This document shows, piece after piece, positions 11,979 to 23,877 of a stretch of DNA of 64,000 nt. This DNA comes from Epithemia pelagica (lineage: Eukaryota; Protista; Bacillariophyta): assembly GCA_946965045.2 (NCBI GenBank), contig OX337229.1, forward strand, positions 3,038,001 to 3,102,000, given 5' to 3'. Position 1 is the stretch's first letter; each line of letters opens with the position of its first letter. Made by a program: the position numbers and the translations under genes. Below the pieces are notes generated by a model. That model made no database searches. It was not told the DNA's origin and was given only the letters and a program-made list of their open reading frames with translations.

Positions 11979-13117
11979 TCTAAAATCCCAAGAGCTCTCT
12001 TTGGGGAATTTATAATGAATGAATGAATGAATTGGTTGGTTGGTTTGGGGAACGTTTCTGGTTTGTCGTTTCTCTACGAATAGGACACTGTGTGTGTAGT
12101 ACCCCTACTGGTACTGCTGGTCCCACACGCGCATGGTTTCTGTAGGAGAAACTGATCGTTGTTGTTTTGACTCCCACCATCCTGATCCTTCTTCTTCTTC
12201 TTCTTCCACACTGACCCCCCACAAAATTTTGACTCCCACACGAATACAAATACATGGTCCTACTAGGTTGTATATTGTAGCGCAGTGCTTCCTGCTCTTG
12301 CGTTTCATTTGGCATTGTGTTTGCCGGGCAGAATCTTTCTGTTTTCATCTCTCTTTCATTGGCCTAAAGAAGCATGACACAGAAAGAAGCAGCCTTGCAC
12401 AATTGCGAGGTTTGTCCTATGGCCCTATGAATAGAAATCGAGGAAGAGACCCAAAAAATGGATGCTGTGTTGTTTGTGGCAGAAGACGCCTGCGCCTGCG
12501 CGCGGTGGCATCCGTCGTCATCCCCCAAATGCCACCGCGCTTCTTGCTTGTTGGGGGAAACCCCAAACGTGGAGGATGATCCGGCGCTAAAGAATTCCGT
12601 TGCAAAGAATAGCCCCTCTCCGTTGCCCCTAATTCGACAAGACTCTCTTGCGTACTTAGAAGAACCTGTGACCACTTGGCGATGGGAGGAATCGCTGCGC
12701 CGCTCACAAACTCTCTCTTTCTCTCTCTTGCTGCGAGCGACAGGATACCCACAAGGGCAGGCGATGGACAACAGCAGGGGAACCCATCAACACTAGCTAT
12801 TTGTAGAGCTAATGATTACATTGTACTGTCCAATCGCTCCAAAAGTGTGCCAGCGACAGTCTTCTTGGGTTCAACAATAAAAAAAGAGAACCACCAGCGG
12901 GGCATTGGATGATCCCCAACAGTTCTCGAGCTCTCTAGAGTAGCATCAATTGCAAGAAGAGTGAGCCGCCACTCTGGACCGAACTCCAACATCACCACTG
13001 GAACAACAACAAAACCAGAAACACACCTGTGTCGTTGTTGTTGTGGGTATATATCCTTGATGGAATCGGTCTTGTATACAACAACAACAACAGAATAGAA
13101 TCCATCCATCGGGTGCC

Positions 13118-16100
13118 ATGCGCACAAGAATACCACAATGGCTCCGGGCCGTACTACTATGGCATCTTGTATGGGGTACAACCTGTACTACTCCCGACCA
13201 CAAGAACGATAGTGACAAGCACGAAATAATGAAATCCCAACAACTACGGGGTGGACGACGAACCTTGAAGCTGGACGACGAAGCCTTTTGGAACAACTTT
13301 CTCACCGATTTCTTTGGTACCGACGACAACAGCAAACAACAACCAGGTGGTGGTTCCAAATTCTCACTCCCACCCACTCCGGCACCCACTACTCCCTCGG
13401 AGAGGCCCAGTGTCGTCCCATCCATTTCCCCGTCCTCCAATCCGACCAACCGTCCGTCGCAAGTGCCCTCGGATGTTCCCAGCATACGGCCCTCCTTCAC
13501 TCCGTCTGTGCCACCAACCAATTTTCCGTCGCTACAGCCTTCGAATCCTCCATCGATGGTACCGTCCGGGACACCATCTACCGTTCCCTCCACAAGTCCT
13601 TCCCGCCAACCCAGCAACACTCCCACTATTTCGGCAAATCCCTCCACCAGTCCTTCCAGCCAACCCAGCAACACTCCCACCATCTCGGCAAGTCCCAGTG
13701 TGTCTTCCCAACCGACCATCGCCGTATTGCCCAATTGTGAACCATTGGATCAAACATTTGAAAGCATCCGGGGTCAAAACATGGCGGGCCGAATCCAACG
13801 AAGCCCCGTACCAATCCCCGTCACGTGCGATCAACCACGACCCTTCCCAGGTACATTTGGTGCCTCACGAAGATTCTTTAATATTATTGGTCCCTTTGTC
13901 AATGACAGTCCCAATGAAAGATGTGCTACCTTGGTGTGGGACTACGGCACTTGTTGGAGACCTGGTATCGACGACCAAGGCGTGGAATTCGAAGATGTGC
14001 TAGTTCATCCGTCTGGTACGAACAACAATGATACTTTCCTCTTATACAGTTGCATCGTGCCATGGGACCTCTCACAGAATGATATATTTTGTTTTTCTTT
14101 CAGTGTACAACACTTCCTCTTTTGACCGGAACGACTTGTCCATTGGCTACATCAGTACTAGTGCCACAAGTGAAGTGGCGAACTTTAGTTTCGTGCTGGG
14201 TCCTCGTCAACGGTTTGACTTTGTCGCTCAGGGGGTTGTGCCAATCACTTCAGGTCTAGGCGGTGGTGTCCTGGGATGCCAGTACTCGATTGCGATTCTC
14301 TTTGATGAATGCTTTACCGACACTCCCACGGCCTTGCCTTCCTCTACACCAAATGCGTCGCCTTCCACTTCGCCTTCCACTTCGGTGGCTCCGTCCGTGA
14401 GTCCGACGGACTTTATCTGTTTGGCCGAATGTGACTTTGCCAATGCGACAATCACAGAATCCTCTCCCACGTCGAATGGTGCGGTTCTTATCACCAGTGA
14501 AGTAAGCACTTGTACTGAGGAGAAGGTGTTCCCCGGCATTGTGAACCAAGGCGGGGAAATTCCATATGAACGTATTGGACCGTTCTGTAACGAATCGCCC
14601 CAAGAAGCATGTGCCATTGTGAATATTGACTTTTCCGCTTGCCAACAGCCATCTGGGCTTCCTCTTGCACATGTCGTTGCGTATTCGTCATTCAATCCGG
14701 CCAATGTGTCACAAAATTATCTTGGAGATGGACAGCTGTCGAGCAACTTTGAGATTCCCTTGCAGTCCCAAGAGAAATTCTTTTTGGTTGGCTTCTTTTC
14801 AATCCAACTGAATCAAACGCTCCTCCCATGTACGTTCAGCGTATCGGTCGACTTTGGGCAGTGCACTCCATCAGAAGCCCCTTCATCCGTGCCGTCATTG
14901 ATTCCGTCGGAAGCACCAAGCATTGTGCCCACTCAGAGACAGATACCTACATTTTTGCCAAATTGTGAAACTCTTCCACAAATATTCACCAGAGTTACTG
15001 GTCAAAACATGGATGGCCGTCTTGAACGGAACGACACAATGCCCAGCAATTGCGATGGACCACGACCCTTCCCTGGTGTAATAGGTACCGAACCACGATT
15101 TTTCAACCTCGTTGGTCCTTTTGTCAATGACAGTCCTAATGAGAGATGTGCTACCTTGGTGTGGAACTTTGGTACTTGTACGAGACCTGCCGTGCCACCA
15201 GAGACGGGATTCGATGTGCTAGTTCATCCTTCTGGTAGGTCTTACTACGATACCTCACATGGTGTATGGAACACGGCACTCTCACAAAATGGCATGTTTT
15301 TGCTTTTCAGTGTATACGTCGTTTGACCCTGACGATTTATCCTCTGGGTATATCAGTGACAGTGGCAGCAGTGATGCAGCCAACTTCAGCTTTTTGGTTC
15401 GTGGCGGAGAACAGTTCTTGTTTGTGGCTCAAGCGGTTGAGGCGATTGAAAACGATCTGGGTGGTGGTGTCCTTGGGTGCCAGTACTCGATTGCTGTCCT
15501 CTTTGACGATTGTGTCACGGACGCACCAACTGCGTTACCTACGGCCGTCCCAACATCGCCTCCCACTTTGAGTCCGACAAATGTTCCCACCTGTTCAACA
15601 ATCGAGTCGACATTTGCAAACAATAGTGAAACAACAACTGGTAGGATTCGTCGGAGTTCTGTAGTTTCCACTTGCGAGAACAACAAGCAATTCCCGGGAA
15701 CCATATTCTCAACTCCATTCTTGTTCAATGTCATTGGTCCCTTTGTCAACACCGACGCCGAAGCACAGTGTGTTACAATAGAATGGGATCAAGGAACTTG
15801 TACAGCAAATGGTGAAATTCTTCTGCAGCCAATGGTAAGTCGACCAACCGAGATATCTTGTATCAATGAACAAGCTGCAGAGCTCACAGACTACAATCGA
15901 TACAGGCCTATACGCAGTTTGACCCATCCAATCAGGCATCGGGCTATCTGGGAGACGGAGGCTTGGGAGAAGAAGGGGCCTTCAGTTTCTTTGTTCCGCC
16001 ACAAACTGAGTTTGTTTTTGTAGCTCAGGAAGCCCAACCTTCTGGGGCTTCCCAGCCAGGTTTGGCAGTTGGGTGTTCATATTCAATAAGGGTTCTGTTG

Positions 16101-16328
16101 GATTGTCCCGATATCAATTCTTCAACAGCGGGGGGATTTACACAGAGCTCGGTTCAGACAATTTCAGGCCCCACTTCTTGTACGGGGAATAATTGTGACG
16201 CTTTCAACAAGGCTTTAGCTCTGAAGGTGAACCCATCTCCAGATGCAAATGCGAAAAGGTCTTCTTATTTTAATTCATATCGATCGGCTAATCCGGCCCT
16301 CAGAAGGCATTCGGATCCCGGTAACTGA
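13118..16328 (+). CDS. Secreted Pro/Ser/Thr-linker protein with four copies of a Cys-containing ~150-aa domain, 4 exons
   Basis: Signal peptide MRTRIPQWLRAVLLWHLVWGTTC; PT/PS-rich repeats (PSxxPSxxPT). Introns 14016-14103, 15235-15310 and 15835-15905 join the ORFs 13118, 14028, 15259 and 15963 in frame. Confidence 0.82.
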
Positions 16329-16649
16329 ACAGGCACTTGCACCAACTGGGTGTGCCTTTGTAATTCATAACGACATGTACTCACTTCATTATTTGCGCAA
16401 CGTATCGAAATTCAACTCACCCAATAGATTCATATTTCAGCTCTGGGTCAGTGAAGAACGAAAAAAACTCAACTCAACATCTTCACGTTCTTGGGATCAG
16501 CAGTTAAACATATAGAGTTGGAGGATTCTTTTAGAGAAGAATAATCAATACTCCTACTTCTAACCTTACTACTACCACAGCTAGGAGTAGCTATCAGACT
16601 TCTAGGAGTATGAGCAGAAGACGCAGACCCGGATATACCGGAAAATGCT

Positions 16650-18300
16650 ATGACTAGTACTGCCCAATGGGCGTTGAGAGTCTATCTCGACCATGTGCAT
16701 TGTTCTGGATCGGACGAAATAGGGAATGTTCTCCCACCATCGACCATACAACTACCTGAGACTTCTGAAACTTCTATCTTGATTGAGATGCAAGAGGTTC
16801 CGAAAGTGCTTTGTCTCGGGGTTTCATATCCTTGCTTGAAGTCAACGGTCGAACGCAAAGGCATTGGATTCGACCGCCAAAGCGGTCCGATACCGTCGGA
16901 CGCTGAGTTTCCAACTCCAGCCACAGGACCAGCACAGCACAACACGACTAGAAAGTACAAGACAGAAAACAAAGTTGGATTGAGTCCAAAAAATGGTGCG
17001 GTCTCCGAAATGATGGAGCACTGCAATGGCAGAAAGCGTTCATATGTTGAGTTTCGTGATTCGATTGACGCTGTATTGGATTTTGTCAAGCGCAGCTGCA
17101 TCACAGCCATGGATGGCCGTGATCTTGTGCGTTGCTTAGCAACTGAGAATCACTGCTCTGTCCATGTGTACACCGTGTCTCAAGAAGATGGAGCTGTGTA
17201 CGACCAGAGGCGACATATGTGGGCAAATTTCAATCGTCCTTCTTTTGTTCGTTCATTGCAGAAGAAATTCCATGAAATGACGTTTGACCAAGTCATTTTA
17301 GACTATTACTGGATTCCATGTGGGTGGGATGTTACTCACTGGAGGTCGCATTTGTTTGAGTATACTTTGGTACATCTAGCTCGATACGATGTTCTGAGAC
17401 GACCGAAAGAACAGCAGCCGATTGACAAAAATAATTTTCATGGAAAAGGATCCGATCGAATCAAGACAGGAGTTGTATATTTACCGTTTTGCTTCCATTG
17501 CTTTAAAGAAGTAATTGCGCATATTGACTGCTTGAGAGAGTACTACGATATATCGTTTCTGCGGAAAGGTGACTTGGAAGAAATCACTCTCTGGTCTGGA
17601 ACACAGCAAATTGAAGCTGAGTCTATGCGTAAGTTTTCTTTGTTCCCTTGCTAGTGGATTGCCGCTGTTGGACTCATTGTTGTATGCGTCTCCGCTGTTT
17701 CACATAACAAAAGAGGGCATTCTTGGTAAACGACGCGATCAAGAGGAGATATACTGCTCGTTTGGTCCATGTGATGTTCGTGAGGCATTTGAGGATCCCC
17801 GAGTTTCTAAAGAAAACTTGGTTGAGATTGCTCGCCGATTAAAGGATTTTTCATCAATTCGTTTTATCGAGCTGAGGCGGCTGACTAACAATCAATCGAA
17901 GGGACAGATCCGCGGTCTATCGCTCCCTAACGACATCGATCACAGCTTTGACAATGTCGTGCCATTGAAAACACCTGCAAATTCAAACAGAAAACAGTCT
18001 TCTCCAATTGTTTCCTCGGGATCAGCGTCTTGCCTTACCCCCAGCCTAAAAGGCCGTCAAAGGGCAAATGTTGTGAGTCCAAGTCCTCTTCACGTCAGCT
18101 CATCGCCTTACCGAACAAGGTCTGCCGCAAGACGAGAAAGAGAAGCTCGCTTGGTCTCCATCTCCTCCAGTCCAAAATGCCGCAAGCGACTTTGGGAAAG
18201 TGCAGAAAATCGTCCCAGTGAAAGTCACAACAGGCGTAGCTCGGCTGGATCACAACAGGTTCGACGAAAACGCAGAAGAGTGTCGACAATATCATCATAA
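16650..18300 (+). CDS. Uncharacterised protein, 2 exons
   Basis: ORFs 16650-17654 and 17569-18300 are joined in frame by intron 17629-17713 (GTAAGT..AAG). Globular core FDQVILDYYWIPCGWDVTHW..GVVYLPFCFHC and a basic Ser/Arg-rich tail. Confidence 0.7.
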
Positions 18301-18525
18301 GTAGGCGAATCTCCAAACGATAATGCTATCAAATGAATAAGACTGGGATTTTCGTCCTCTCATTCATAGAAAGTGTCATATAGTGCTATGTACACAAGTT
18401 ACCAGTTTCTATTGTGTTACAAACAACAACAGTTTCAATTCCGATCTCCAATCCAGTGAACCAGACATTAATATTGAAACAACCATCCTTCTCCGGCTCT
18501 TCCGCATGAAAAGCACAAGTAGTCA

Positions 18526-19608
18526 CTATCCGAATGATTCATTGTCTTCGTCCGCGGAGTTCTTCCGCTCACCACGAATCTTCCCTGTTGTCTTCGATGA
18601 CCGCCGTCCGGTATTTCCAGAAGGTTCTTCGTCCTCCGTATCGCTGGGAGGCGTCAATGACGCACTGTGTGCTGACTCGTGAGAAGATTCGTTGTGCAAT
18701 GATCTTCTTCGCGATGAGCGACTTGTGTTCATTTGGCACCCAGTGGAGCTTCGCCTTGAAGTCCGCATAGGGTCCTTGCCCGACGATAGTCGTTTGGAAT
18801 GACTACTTGAGCTTAATTTTGAATGACTGCTGGATCCCAGTTTTGAATGGTTGCTTCCACTGATTTTCTTTGACTTATCAGCAGCCTCGGAATCCGGTGA
18901 GCGAACTGGCGCAAAATCCCCCGTTGAACTTCGGCGCATGCCCCGTTTTCTCTCCTTCTCCTTGGTATTGACTTCTGGGGTTTCCTCTTCCACCAAACTC
19001 TTAAGATTTCCGGTAGAACTGCGTCGTGAAAGGCCTCGTTTGGGGGGGATTCGTTTTGGAGGAGAGTCTTCTTTAGACTCGCTTTGCTTTTTTGAACGGG
19101 GTCCTCGCCTCGACCCAGTAGCACGGGGATTCTCGTGCGCGCTCTTGGAAAGGCCATCTGAAAACGTGCGAGCTGACTCTGCACGACGCAGTCTCCTTTC
19201 TGGTTTTTTGTTCGAGTCTGCCCCAGCGGTAAATGAATTTCCTCTCCCTCCATTTTGCACGCTTGCCCTTCGACTACTCCTCTTTGGAATCGATTTTTCC
19301 GAAGGCTTACCACCGAAAGCCATCATTATCGCGTCTTCTCCTGAGCCAAACCCATCGTCTGCTGGATTGGACTGAAGTGGCGATTTCTTGAACTGTTTCT
19401 CCATAGGGTCACTGTTATTGAACGAAATCCCAAAATCATTGGACCGTTTGTCATCTGCTGGATCCGGACTACCAAACTCTTTGAAAAACGTGGGAGGTTT
19501 GTACTCGCCTTCATCTGGAAACAGACTTGCATCATCGGAAGCTGATGCCAGCAGTCGACGCGAATCGTCGGATTTCTCAAAAACTTTTAACAGTGAAACT
19601 CGCACCAT
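18526..19608 (-). CDS. Low-complexity Ser/Arg/Lys-rich protein with repeated RRxS motifs
   Basis: 360-aa ATG-initiated ORF with three RRSSTG motifs plus RRAS and RRRS. No folded domain recognised. Confidence 0.65.
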   Translation of the reverse strand: MVRVSLLKVFEKSDDSRRLLASASDDASLFPDEGEYKPPTFFKEFGSPDPADDKRSNDFGISFNNSDPMEKQFKKSPLQSNPADDGFGSGEDAIMMAFGGKPSEKSIPKRSSRRASVQNGGRGNSFTAGADSNKKPERRLRRAESARTFSDGLSKSAHENPRATGSRRGPRSKKQSESKEDSPPKRIPPKRGLSRRSSTGNLKSLVEEETPEVNTKEKERKRGMRRSSTGDFAPVRSPDSEAADKSKKISGSNHSKLGSSSHSKLSSSSHSKRLSSGKDPMRTSRRSSTGCQMNTSRSSRRRSLHNESSHESAHSASLTPPSDTEDEEPSGNTGRRSSKTTGKIRGERKNSADEDNESFG

Positions 19609-20719
19609 GGTCTAGTATCATGGATCTGTGATGGTGCTGGTTCGGACGCAGAACAATGTTTTTAACAACACACAGTATGTGAGCCTGAAAAGGCCCAATA
19701 AACTACGATTTTTCAAGCACATGATTCGGTTGGATATAATTGCCCTTTGAAACACCAATACAATCTACCAGAGTATCAAGGGGGCAGGGGAGGTAGCTCG
19801 TAGACGTAAACTATTTTTCAAGTAGAGCGTGAGATAGTCTTAAGTCTTAATTTTCTCGTATTTGTACCACAAAAACATACGAGTACTCGTTAGGTTACCT
19901 CGTACCTCGTACTCGTACCCTCGAGTTCTACCAGTAGCTAATAGCTACGAGTATTCGTAGTAGAGCTACCAGCTACGGGACATTCATCAATCATCACTAG
20001 GAGTACCACCTACCACTACCTCTCTAGACGGAGGTCTGAGGTCTGAGTACTCGTACCTCCTACCTGCCACTACCACCTAGGAGTACCAAACATCCCTAAG
20101 GTTATCTCCACCAGCTGCAGGTCGGCCTGAAACATAAAAACATAATGTTGTTGTATTATTGTTAATCGTGAACTCAACCTCACACAACCCCGCCAACTAC
20201 GAACTACGAGTAATCTCCCCGCACTGAACACCCAATAGTGATCGGTTGGCTAGAAGCGCAGGGGCACCTGAGGATTGTAGCCAAAGCTGTTCGAGAAGTC
20301 TCCAGTGACATGTGACATTGAAATTTGGAATTGATTTTTCCGTCCCCGTTCGTTAAAAACAAGAATTTTGAACACAGCATTACATCCAAGCGGTAAGGAA
20401 ATGTCTTTCGATGAACAAAGTAGCTAAGGAGACTGTTTCCTCTGCAGCAAGATGATGAATATGGGGGATGAGGATTGAGTCGTTATTACCAGCAGGTTGA
20501 GATTTGAGATGACCGAAAGACAAGCTATCAAAATGTCCCCATCGGAAGCAGATTAGTCCGTCCGAAGACACGCCAGCCTGCGCATTAGCGAGCGGGAAGT
20601 AGAACACTAACTCCATACCTGACTGTGTAGGTAGTTCGTCTCACATTTTTATACTACAGTAGGAATTTTTTGTACGACCGGGAAGTAGTTTCGTGCGAGT
20701 CGCGCGGTTTCCCTCTCGT

Positions 20720-20759
20720 GTGTGACACTTGTGTGACACTTGTGTGACACTTTGTGACA
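20720..20759. repeat. Tandem 11-bp repeat (GTGTGACACTT) x ~3.7
   Basis: Direct reading: gtgtgacactt gtgtgacactt gtgtgacactt tgtgaca. Confidence 0.9.
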
Positions 20760-20849
20760 TGGCTTCCAGGAATTTCTCACTACCTACACAGCTTGATAGG
20801 GAGTAAGTTTACTACTTCCCTGTGTCTGGCCGTCCTCTCGCGTCGGGCG

Positions 20850-20952
20850 CGCCCGGCTTGTCGGGAGAATGACTCGACGGGCAATTGTCTTGTCGGGCGT
20901 GCGCCCTCCTCGACCATTGCCCTCGTCGTCATTCTACCCTCCGCGCCGGGCG
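20850..20952. other. GC-rich imperfect inverted repeat / rod-like hairpin (candidate structured RNA or cruciform)
   Basis: Paired blocks CGCCCGGC/GCCGGGCG, GGG/CCC, AGAATGAC/GTCATTCT, GGGCAAT/ATTGCCC, GTC/GAC and GGGC/GCCC are separated by symmetric internal loops. Confidence 0.7.
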
Positions 20953-21891
20953 GTCCCTCCTTGAAAGGACTCGACACCGGGAAGTATTAATACTCCCAGT
21001 ACTAGGATAGAAAAGAACCTAAACTAACATCCACACTCTTTGCTGTTTATCCAATCTGATCATTCGATATTGGAGAGTTCTTGCTTGGGCCTTATGAGTT
21101 TGTCCAAAGATTCAAGGGCTTATAGTATAGCCGTTTGATAAGTAATAATAATGAAACTTACCCAACCACGCTGTGAACAGGAACACTAATAATTCGAGTG
21201 CACAATGTTCAGGTTGTACTAGTACGAGTACGAGTAACTCGCGTACGGGTACTCGTAATCTACTCGTTATTGAATCGGAAAGAAGCGACCTTAATACGAC
21301 CGATGAGCGGTGATTGGAAATGCCAGTACCCACCAAGCATCATAATTATGTTGGTTAGCAGAAGTAAGGTAAACTAGGTAGGCGCACGAAGTAGGACAGT
21401 CAAGTCGTTCAATATGCCATCATCATGGCATTCAATATGCCAATGAAAGAACCGTTGATCAGATTTGCTCTGGTTCCTGAAGCAAAAAATGGCAGAGGAC
21501 GACGAGCTTCTTCTCTGAGAACTGAGAATGGTCAAATTCCTTCAAGCCATGCACTTCTTCCTAACCTTTCGTAGTCACCATCTGTGCCAACTGGTTACCG
21601 TACGTGTCATCCAACAAATTGTTTTGGCTTCTGCCTATCCAGCATTCAGAGCGCTGGAGAAGAAAAAGACTGTCGTTTTATCAAAGCGGTGTATCGAAAA
21701 AGTGCGTTCTCGTTCATGTTCCTATACAGGCCTAGATCAGCGTTGGTTGCACCCAGTATACATTCAGCCAATCTTGCCCAGAGGCTTCATTCAATCAGTT
21801 AATGCATAGCCATGACGTGCTTCTGTTGTGTGATCCTTTGCTTGTTTGGATCAATCGATACAAAGTATTCCGCTTCCGGCAAATTGAGTTC

Positions 21892-22410
21892 TCAGTATTT
21901 CACACGGCTGTTCCGTTTGTTTGCCACACCCTTACTCTTCGACGGCGACAATTTCTGCTTTGGAGCTACCACTTTGTTTCTTGCCCTCCGTCTGTTATTG
22001 ACCTCAATCTTTCGCGATGCTCGGCTTTGATTGACTTGCTCGCCGGATCCTCCTTGAATACTGCCAATGAGCGCACCAAGAAACTTGTCATCAGTTCTTA
22101 CTGAACCAGTCGGTCTCTCCAATGTTGTCTGCAATAATTGACCTGCATGCGGCTGTGAAGCACTAGTCGATTTCTGTCTACTTTTTTCCATTTTCTCTTT
22201 ACGTTGTTGTATAATCTCTTGCATTCGGATCTCTTCCATTTCTTGATACTCCTTATTTAGAGCCTCTTTTTCTTTGACCTGTAAGAGATGGAATGACGCC
22301 GATGTACCTTCGTCAGCGCCAGTTTTTCCTTCGTTTCCAAACTCGGACAGATCGAGTCCAGTTGCAAAGCAGGCTTCAAACGAACCGCGTCCATTGGTAT
22401 TGCTGGACAT
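21892..22410 (-). CDS. Small basic coiled-coil protein, unknown function
   Basis: 172-aa ATG ORF with an EK-rich helix and a Lys/Arg-rich C-terminus. A short in-frame intron is possible. Confidence 0.5.
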   Translation of the reverse strand: MSSNTNGRGSFEACFATGLDLSEFGNEGKTGADEGTSASFHLLQVKEKEALNKEYQEMEEIRMQEIIQQRKEKMEKSRQKSTSASQPHAGQLLQTTLERPTGSVRTDDKFLGALIGSIQGGSGEQVNQSRASRKIEVNNRRRARNKVVAPKQKLSPSKSKGVANKRNSRVKY

Positions 22411-22779
22411 GGTGAATCCCTTATATTAGATCGCGTTGTCGATTGTCGTCGTCCGATGGATCTATTTTGGGTTATGGGCCATAACGCTACGTATCCGTGT
22501 CGTCTTTCTCCCACATAGCTATTGCTATGGCCAATGGCCATAGCTCATCAATGATTTTTTAGCTTGGAACAATGTACCTAATCCAGCAAGAAGGGCAGAA
22601 ATGAATCGGAATCAGTTCTTTCGCTCTCGTTTTGTTGTTGAATTTATCATTTAGGAGTAGCTAGCTTTTAAATTGGTGCCAGTAATTTGTATGATTGTAT
22701 CTTTTGTAGCTAGCTCAACAATAATCAATCATCTTTCTGCGCTTTTCTCCCAACCACAAAATTTGTTTCATCTCTACTT

Positions 22780-23877
22780 CTAGTACGCAAGAACTTTCCC
22801 ACCCTCTCCCCATACGTTTCGTCTAGCACCAAGACGTGTGGTGGACGCCGACATGGCTCGTCGGCTAGAAACCGAGGACACGGATGACGGCGAAGGGAAG
22901 GGCGGGCGGCACGAGGCGGGCGAAGATGGGAGTGAGGTGGAAGAAGAGGACGACCGAACGCGATTGGCACTCATACTGCGACGGGGCAAAGTTTCACTCC
23001 TTGGACTTCGTACAATGACGCTGAAATCAGACTCTCCTTCCTTGTCTTCGCCGCGATTTCTCCAGCGCTTGCTACTGCTGCCACTGTACAACGATGAAGA
23101 CTTATCGTCTCTCGTCGACCGTGTTTCATGACTTTGCTGAGTAAGTTTGAGAACTTCAGCCGAGATCGATTCCAGAACGTCGTCACTGTTAGCATCTAAG
23201 CTGGAGATGCTGTTTTCTTTTGGGGTTGGTAAGCTCTGTGGACCTCCAGATGGAGAGGCCGGCGTAACAAAAGACAATCCCCGTAGGCCTTGGTCCTCGT
23301 CGTCGTCTTCATCATCGTCCTCGTGATAAGCCTTGGGAGAATGTGAAGAAACGGTGTTGTTTACCTGCTGAAGCGGAGATTTCGTTCCGCTCTTACGGAG
23401 CTGTATTAGCCCCTTGCTCTTTTCCTTCAATTCGACTGTTTGCTTACTCAGATCTGCTGTTTCATTCTCCAGCTTAGCCATGGCTTCTCGCATTCGACTG
23501 ATTTTGCGGTCGAGTTCAGCAATTGGATCCAGTGCAGTCCAGGAAGCCATATTCATGTCCTGCCTCGTCTTGGTTTTGTTTGTGCGGCTCATTTCGTCCA
23601 ATGTTCGTGGTGTAAGAGAAGGCGATCTGGATTCCATGATTGTGTCAACGTGAAGTGGCGAAGTACCAAGCGTGTAATTGAGATTATGTAGTTCGGCCTC
23701 CACACTCGTCGATGGGAACGATTCTTTTTGGTGTCTGGCATGACCTACAAGTTGCCGACTTCGCGCATTTGAAACAGGAGAGGCTGTGTAATTGCGAGCC
23801 GATCCAACGGAGCAGTCATCATCTTGGAGCTTTTTTAGTAGTTGAGTGGCCGCCAATGGCGAATTGGATCCTTTCAT
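22780..23877 (-). CDS. Low-complexity protein with central coiled coil
   Basis: 365-aa ATG ORF with heptad stretch ELDRKISRMREAMAKLENETADLSKQTVELKEK and an acidic patch. The 3' end is uncertain. Confidence 0.6.
   Translation of the reverse strand: MKGSNSPLAATQLLKKLQDDDCSVGSARNYTASPVSNARSRQLVGHARHQKESFPSTSVEAELHNLNYTLGTSPLHVDTIMESRSPSLTPRTLDEMSRTNKTKTRQDMNMASWTALDPIAELDRKISRMREAMAKLENETADLSKQTVELKEKSKGLIQLRKSGTKSPLQQVNNTVSSHSPKAYHEDDDEDDDEDQGLRGLSFVTPASPSGGPQSLPTPKENSISSLDANSDDVLESISAEVLKLTQQSHETRSTRDDKSSSLYSGSSSKRWRNRGEDKEGESDFSVIVRSPRSETLPRRSMSANRVRSSSSSTSLPSSPASCRPPFPSPSSVSSVSSRRAMSASTTRLGARRNVWGEGGKVLAY

Noticed and set aside
3300-13300. (CAA)n, (ACA)n, (AATG)n and (TTGG)n tracts as a repeat system
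   Set aside because: Ordinary microsatellites, mostly encoding poly-Q/N/T in host proteins.
20204-20616. Short minus-strand ORFs as a gene or pseudogene
   Set aside because: No recognisable motif and no convincing splice path joining them.
20850-20952. Hairpin as SRP RNA, tRNA or spliceosomal snRNA
   Set aside because: I could not find the SRP helix-8 motif, a cloverleaf/T-loop or U1/U2/U5/U6 signature sequences on either strand; it is kept only as an unassigned structure.
21528-21809. ORF with AYPAFRALE resembling HVA22/REEP
   Set aside because: Only one short motif matches and the following conserved W..YW segment is absent.
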